The translations under genes and the position numbers were made by a program. This document shows positions 28,801 through 32,000 of a DNA stretch of 32,000 nucleotides, piece after piece (position 1 is the stretch's first letter; every line of letters starts with the position of its first letter). Source of the stretch: Guillardia theta nucleomorph (Eukaryota > Protista > Cryptophyta); the NCBI GenBank assembly GCA_000002975.1, contig AF165818.4, positions 120,001-152,000 on the forward strand. Reading direction: 5' to 3'. The notes under the pieces were generated by a model. It saw only the letters and a program-made list of their open reading frames with translations, ran no database searches and was not told the DNA's origin.

Positions 28801-28901
28801 TTAGTACCGTATACTAAATTAATTCCTGGAGAAATGTCCTCTAATTGAAAAATATGTTTATAAGATAGAAAATTTAGTAATCTAACTTTACATATACTCA
28901 T
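25842..28901 (-). CDS. smc3: SMC ATPase, SMC3-like cohesin subunit (divergent)
   Basis: Walker A GTNGSGKSN, VELTFDN..RFFP, hinge-like IYGFLFDLI...LIIDN, signature LSSGE, Walker B/D-loop LLFDETDAYLD. Confidence 0.8.
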   Translation of the reverse strand: MSICKVRLLNFLSYKHIFQLEDISPGINLVYGTNGSGKSNFIRSILYFFEEKNYKRFNYSKKHFSLVELTFDNRCRFFPFKSKYLRFKKITSGDYQKFWIQDYVFDKHEFFLFLHSNDLIQGLFFTHFEKKEIETIKNYTAHEIYVFFKKKFNLSNYNFLNMKIKKSLLKLINIKKKLLYQIRDGIKFAKKSIIFKTIISKNKKYKCRYNNIRNILLKFFNIITNIFCQNFCLKFDIFFLHFCLLKNSVYLSFMSRIFYKLQNSVNYFSSKLKMKKHLYKNYFKYSNILFSKILYFTSVQNSLHKEKSWINSNIIFINSIIDIIKIRFHKINIRKIYKLNIFFPFNILVYFTVSFKHFLSKLNSIFYLHEFSQLKCLNKIIITNNNIYDEKLKTITNLMFLEKNLKSSLSMSLVNAIYSLNNIFEKNELSKKHIYGFLFDLIIIYPPYVKFYENIMIKYGNFLIIDNIQTAKKLFKLTITQKNSDINFVILEQNKYEYKKENLMKLSKLIRVNELIYCKKKFKTIINSIFNTDFLTHNLAKSLYVAKKYKINIFTEIGFEIRNENKIKYINQKKHFVNFISYLKIERTGLKEILSMKLTMDYKIIFLKKLEQIFIKIKQTYNKIKFHSSLDSYSKFARENLSITYSIHLCYFILNNQKFNRNFKCYINQFNSTITHKNYKYEMIFTEQIFISYFSFIIELFIAINYKLVTKKFKMNVKYLKKNNKNKTYKLINFDILFQNKNTSLIFYQNKIYIFNFMSRIFQLFNLYLIRDSQIHVIKNFFINQFKEISLKYLFKKFMILTKNENINGKNSYNYKQLFFFVTRFHNKSQLDLILLFQSIIILAIFKKKRIFRFLLNMQHEIVKSFLNFKFYPIFYTKNNMSKFKKENKKKVKFYGIDFITTKNNKNFFISISYLSSGEAGIILCLLMIINSIYNKVKILLFDETDAYLDQQITIKFLLYLKKLSTIGAQLFLISYHKDLLKKCDKLYICSMINSSSQIRKFNKHTLFKHLCNNRNYLF

Positions 28902-28914
28902 TAAAATTATTTAA

Positions 28915-30297
28915 TTATATTTTTATTTGTTCCAAAAATCTATTTAAAATTTTTTTTTCTAAAGCATTATATTTAATTGAAATTTTTTGATTATCACTAA
29001 TATGTAATAAATTTTCCTTTAGCATAATATTTCTAAGGTTTTCGTAATCATTATAATTACTATTCAAACTTTTTTCAATAACTGTAACAATGCATGATTT
29101 TATAATCTTAGTGTAATCATAATTTTCAATTTTATTAAGATTAAAATTTTTGTCATTAATATTTGTGTTAAATAAACAAATTTTAATAAATTCTATCATT
29201 TCATCAGGATATTTATATAAAAAAATTGGGTATGAATTGTAAAAAAATTTTTTATTAGAAAATAAAAAAGATTTTTTTTCTTTAAAAAAAATGTCTTTTG
29301 GTGACATAGAAATCCTGATAATAACAGAATCGTATGGATTTCTTTCGGCTATAAAACCATAAAGGTTTAATAATTCAAGGTTTGACTTTTGACCATATGA
29401 GATGTAAAGCTGATCAAATTTGTTACAATTCTTATCGGAGTAAACAACTATTTCTTTAGAATCTGAAAGTGGAATTTTCCTGTAACTTATGAATGAAGAC
29501 GAAAATGGGTTATGATTCAACAGATCAATGTAAGGTATTAAAACGACTTTTTTTGTTTCTTGTAGTGAAATTGTTCTTGAAAGTAATATGGACATTGACC
29601 ACTCCCAATTTTGATAATTGAAAATTTTAGAGGGATAAAGGAGTCTATTTCTTTGAAAAACTTCTTTATTAACCATTTCGTACTGGGCTTTCAACTTTTT
29701 TTTTAGATAATCACTAGCTTTGGATAACCTTGATCCTTTAATAAAAAACAATTCTTTCAACGGCCATCTAAATAAAAGTTTTAGATCATATTCTTCTGGT
29801 AGAATTCCAATATAAGGGAACCAGAATGATTTTTTATTTTTGAATAACTCAACCAACAATTTAATTGCCAAATCAGAATAATTATCTGAACCATTTGAAT
29901 TAATCTCTAAATTATGTTCAAATTTATCAAACATTAAATTCTCAGAAATTTCTATGATTTTTTCATTTTTCAAAATATTTCTTGATGCTATTAACCCTCT
30001 CCCTATAAATTCTTCTTCATCAAAAGTTTCATTGGAAACGTAGCATGGATGAGAAGATCTACCCCAAGAACTTTTAGAGTTTACATATGCACCGTTTTCA
30101 ACTAGCCAAGAAATAAATCTATCACTATTGTATTGAGATATACTCATATTTATTTTGTAAATTTGGTAAAAATTATTTTTTCGCTTTTCTTTAATTAAAA
30201 TATTTCTTTTTTTCTTTAACCACGTATTATCTAGAGTGTTATTTCCTACCAATAAATTAACATTGTTGTATGCCACTACATAATTATTCATTTGCAT
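28915..30297 (-). CDS. SET-domain lysine methyltransferase, Rubisco LSMT-like, probably plastid-targeted
   Basis: FISWL.ENG, GRGLIA, SFWFPYIGILP, LIPYIDLLNH, QLYISYG.KSN.ELL..YGF. About 55-aa N-terminal extension. Confidence 0.85.
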   Translation of the reverse strand: MQMNNYVVAYNNVNLLVGNNTLDNTWLKKKRNILIKEKRKNNFYQIYKINMSISQYNSDRFISWLVENGAYVNSKSSWGRSSHPCYVSNETFDEEEFIGRGLIASRNILKNEKIIEISENLMFDKFEHNLEINSNGSDNYSDLAIKLLVELFKNKKSFWFPYIGILPEEYDLKLLFRWPLKELFFIKGSRLSKASDYLKKKLKAQYEMVNKEVFQRNRLLYPSKIFNYQNWEWSMSILLSRTISLQETKKVVLIPYIDLLNHNPFSSSFISYRKIPLSDSKEIVVYSDKNCNKFDQLYISYGQKSNLELLNLYGFIAERNPYDSVIIRISMSPKDIFFKEKKSFLFSNKKFFYNSYPIFLYKYPDEMIEFIKICLFNTNINDKNFNLNKIENYDYTKIIKSCIVTVIEKSLNSNYNDYENLRNIMLKENLLHISDNQKISIKYNALEKKILNRFLEQIKI

Positions 30298-30333
30298 GTA
30301 TTCTTTTGAGTTTTTTTAAAATTTAAACTCAAA

Positions 30334-30978
30334 ATGAACGATGATAAAAATATTCAACACTTGTTTAAGGTGAGAAGGACTGTTTTACAAATGATAAGAG
30401 ATCGAGGATATGTTGTGTTTGACTCTAAAGATGATTTAAATATATCAAGATCTAGTTTTGAAGAATTCTACATGAAAAATCATGCAATATGTAGAAAAAG
30501 TTTGGAAATCAAAAGACCTAGATGGGATAATCCTGAAAATCGAATATTAATTGTATTTGTTGAGGGAGAAAAAGATAAAATGAATATCGGAGTAAAATCG
30601 ATAAGATTATTCTGTGAAAGAATTAAAAATGAAGGTTTTAGTAGAGTTTTAATGATTCTCAATGGTAAATTAACTCCTCATGCTAAACAAGCCGTATCTT
30701 CCATCAATTCAAATAATGATTTGATCGAATATTTTTCTGAAAATGAATTAATAGTTAATATTACCCATCATATGCTCGTTCCAAAACATGAAATATTAAG
30801 CAAAAATGAATCTAAAAGCTTACTAGAAAGGTATTCAATAAAATTTGATCATTTGCCAAAAATTCTTAAAAATGACCCCGTCGCAAAATATCTAGGTCTT
30901 CAAAGATCTGAAATTGTAAAAATAACAAGAGTTAGTGAAACTTCAGGAAAATTTATTACTTATAGAATTTGTATTTAA
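30334..30978 (+). CDS. rpb5: RNA polymerase I/II/III shared subunit RPB5
   Basis: LFKVRRTVLQMIRDRGY, ELIVNITHH.LVPKH, LPKI...DPVAKYLGL, VKITR.SETSG....YR.C. Confidence 0.97.
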   Translation: MNDDKNIQHLFKVRRTVLQMIRDRGYVVFDSKDDLNISRSSFEEFYMKNHAICRKSLEIKRPRWDNPENRILIVFVEGEKDKMNIGVKSIRLFCERIKNEGFSRVLMILNGKLTPHAKQAVSSINSNNDLIEYFSENELIVNITHHMLVPKHEILSKNESKSLLERYSIKFDHLPKILKNDPVAKYLGLQRSEIVKITRVSETSGKFITYRICI

Positions 30979-31015
30979 TTTTTAAAATTTAACTAAATTG
31001 GGAATTTTTAATAAT

Positions 31016-31396
31016 ATGTCTGAAATTGAAAGCTTAGAATCAATAAGTTCTGTGAGTGTTGAAAATGAAGTAGATTCAGAAATGATATCAAATGAATTTC
31101 CAGAAAAATCTTTAAATTGTAACGAAAACATTTTCAAAATGAACGATAAACTTGATATAGATTTTAGAATGACATTACCTATTTTGACTAAATACGAGAA
31201 AGCGAGAATACTAGGAGCAAGAGCTCTTCAAATTAGCATGGGTGCGCCAATTCTAACAGAAGTTAATACACTAAGCGATAGCTTGGATATTGCATCAAAA
31301 GAACTTTATGAAAGAAAAATACCAATTACTATTCGAAGATATCTACCAAATGGCAGATATGAAGATTGGAAAATCGAAGAACTTATATTTGATTAA
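31016..31396 (+). CDS. rpb6: RNA polymerase I/II/III shared subunit RPB6
   Basis: [28 protein letters not shown]...KIP..IRRYLP.G.YEDW...EL. First ATG is 31016. Confidence 0.97.
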   Translation: MSEIESLESISSVSVENEVDSEMISNEFPEKSLNCNENIFKMNDKLDIDFRMTLPILTKYEKARILGARALQISMGAPILTEVNTLSDSLDIASKELYERKIPITIRRYLPNGRYEDWKIEELIFD

Positions 31397-31401
31397 TATT
31401 A

Positions 31402-31846
31402 TTATTTGTTACTGTTTAGATCATTTAATTCTTTATCCAGAATCTCGTCGATTTTAATTTCATTTAAAGTTTTAGATATTCTTTTATTGTCTGAAATTTT
31501 TTTAATATTTGAATCATCAGAATCTAAAGCAACCTGGAAAGTTTTTTTTGCTTCTTCAGCTACATTTTTTAATTCTCCAGATATTCTACCTAAGTCTTTA
31601 GCCAGTTGGTAAAGTCTCTTAGGGACCTAGAACTAACCATGCAACTATTCCGATAACAATTAATTCCGAAGAACCTACACCCAAAATTCCTCCTGAAGGG
31701 CCAATTAGATTGACACTTATGTTTTTATTTGGTTTTATTTGGATTGCGTTTCTTTTTAAAAAACAATTAATTAAATTAAAATTATGTTTTTTATAATTTA
31801 AAGCATGGATTTTATAATTGACTAACAACGTACTTTTAATAAACAT
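31402..31846 (-). CDS. Thylakoid Tat translocase TatA/TatB (Tha4/Hcf106) family protein, interrupted by a +1 frameshift at 31619-31624
   Basis: Frame A: MFIKS...GILGVGSSELIVIGIVAWLVLGP-stop. Skipping one base continues KRLYQLAKDLGRISGELKNVAEEAKKTFQVALDSDD...NSNK-TAA (31402-31404). The joined product is 147 aa with TM, GP hinge, amphipathic helix and acidic tail. Confidence 0.85.
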
Positions 31847-31892
31847 TGTGTGCAATTTAAAAAATCAATTTAGATTTAGTTCATTAATTATA

Positions 31893-32000
31893 ATGTTATT
31901 AAATAAACATTTAAGCGAGAAAAATATAGGTTTTTTTTTTTGTAATTTCATGCTTAAGAGGAAGAAAAACAATTCATGTCAAGTTAGAGTAATTTTAAAA
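31893..32000 (+). CDS. Possible 5' end of an ORF running off the window
   Basis: ATG at 31893 with 36 open codons to the window end, divergent from the Tat gene. Confidence 0.3.
   Translation, partial: MLLNKHLSEKNIGFFFCNFMLKRKKNNSCQVRVILK

Noticed and set aside
31406-31612. 68-aa plus-strand ORF
   Set aside because: Antisense shadow of the second, frameshifted half of the Tat gene.
31615-31640. Spliceosomal intron explaining the Tat frameshift
   Set aside because: The only frame-restoring GT-AG I noticed at the site is 7 nt, too short. Larger removals would delete conserved TM or hinge residues.
1-32000. Prokaryotic operons, CRISPR arrays, mobile elements, rRNA
   Set aside because: No repeat-spacer periodicity, transposase/integrase motifs or rRNA-like GC-rich tracts. 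Bacterial-type genes carry transit-peptide-like leaders and are interspersed with eukaryotic genes.

Overview
Very AT-rich, extremely gene-dense eukaryotic DNA. No spliceosomal introns are evident, spacers are mostly 0-170 nt and several genes overlap. Eukaryotic housekeeping genes (proteasome beta5, rps25, eIF2-beta, eRF1, importin-alpha, RPB5, RPB6, HSF, UTP12/DIP2, SMC3, GCN5) are mixed with cyanobacterial-type, plastid-targeted genes (gyrB, sufD, cpeT-like lyase, hlip, Tat subunit, DprA-like protein). This is the signature of a cryptophyte nucleomorph chromosome. It is probably Guillardia theta, based on recall of its orf222, orf228 and orf467 lengths, not on a search. There are three tRNAs: Tyr-GTA with a 7-nt intron, Leu-TAG and Asp-GTC. 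Main observations: (1) a minimal box C/D snoRNA, predicted to guide the conserved LSU Am site of yeast snR71, sits with 0-nt spacing against the 5' end of tRNA-Asp; (2) two highly degenerate MCM8-like and MCM9-like ORFs lack ATPase motifs, and a cryptic CDC45 lies nearby; (3) a plastid TatA/B gene is split by a +1 frameshift at CCC-TAA; (4) a GC-elevated cornichon/Erv14-like gene; (5) a 540-nt ORF-free gap follows a decayed DEAD-box-like ORF. All homology calls come from motif recognition by eye.
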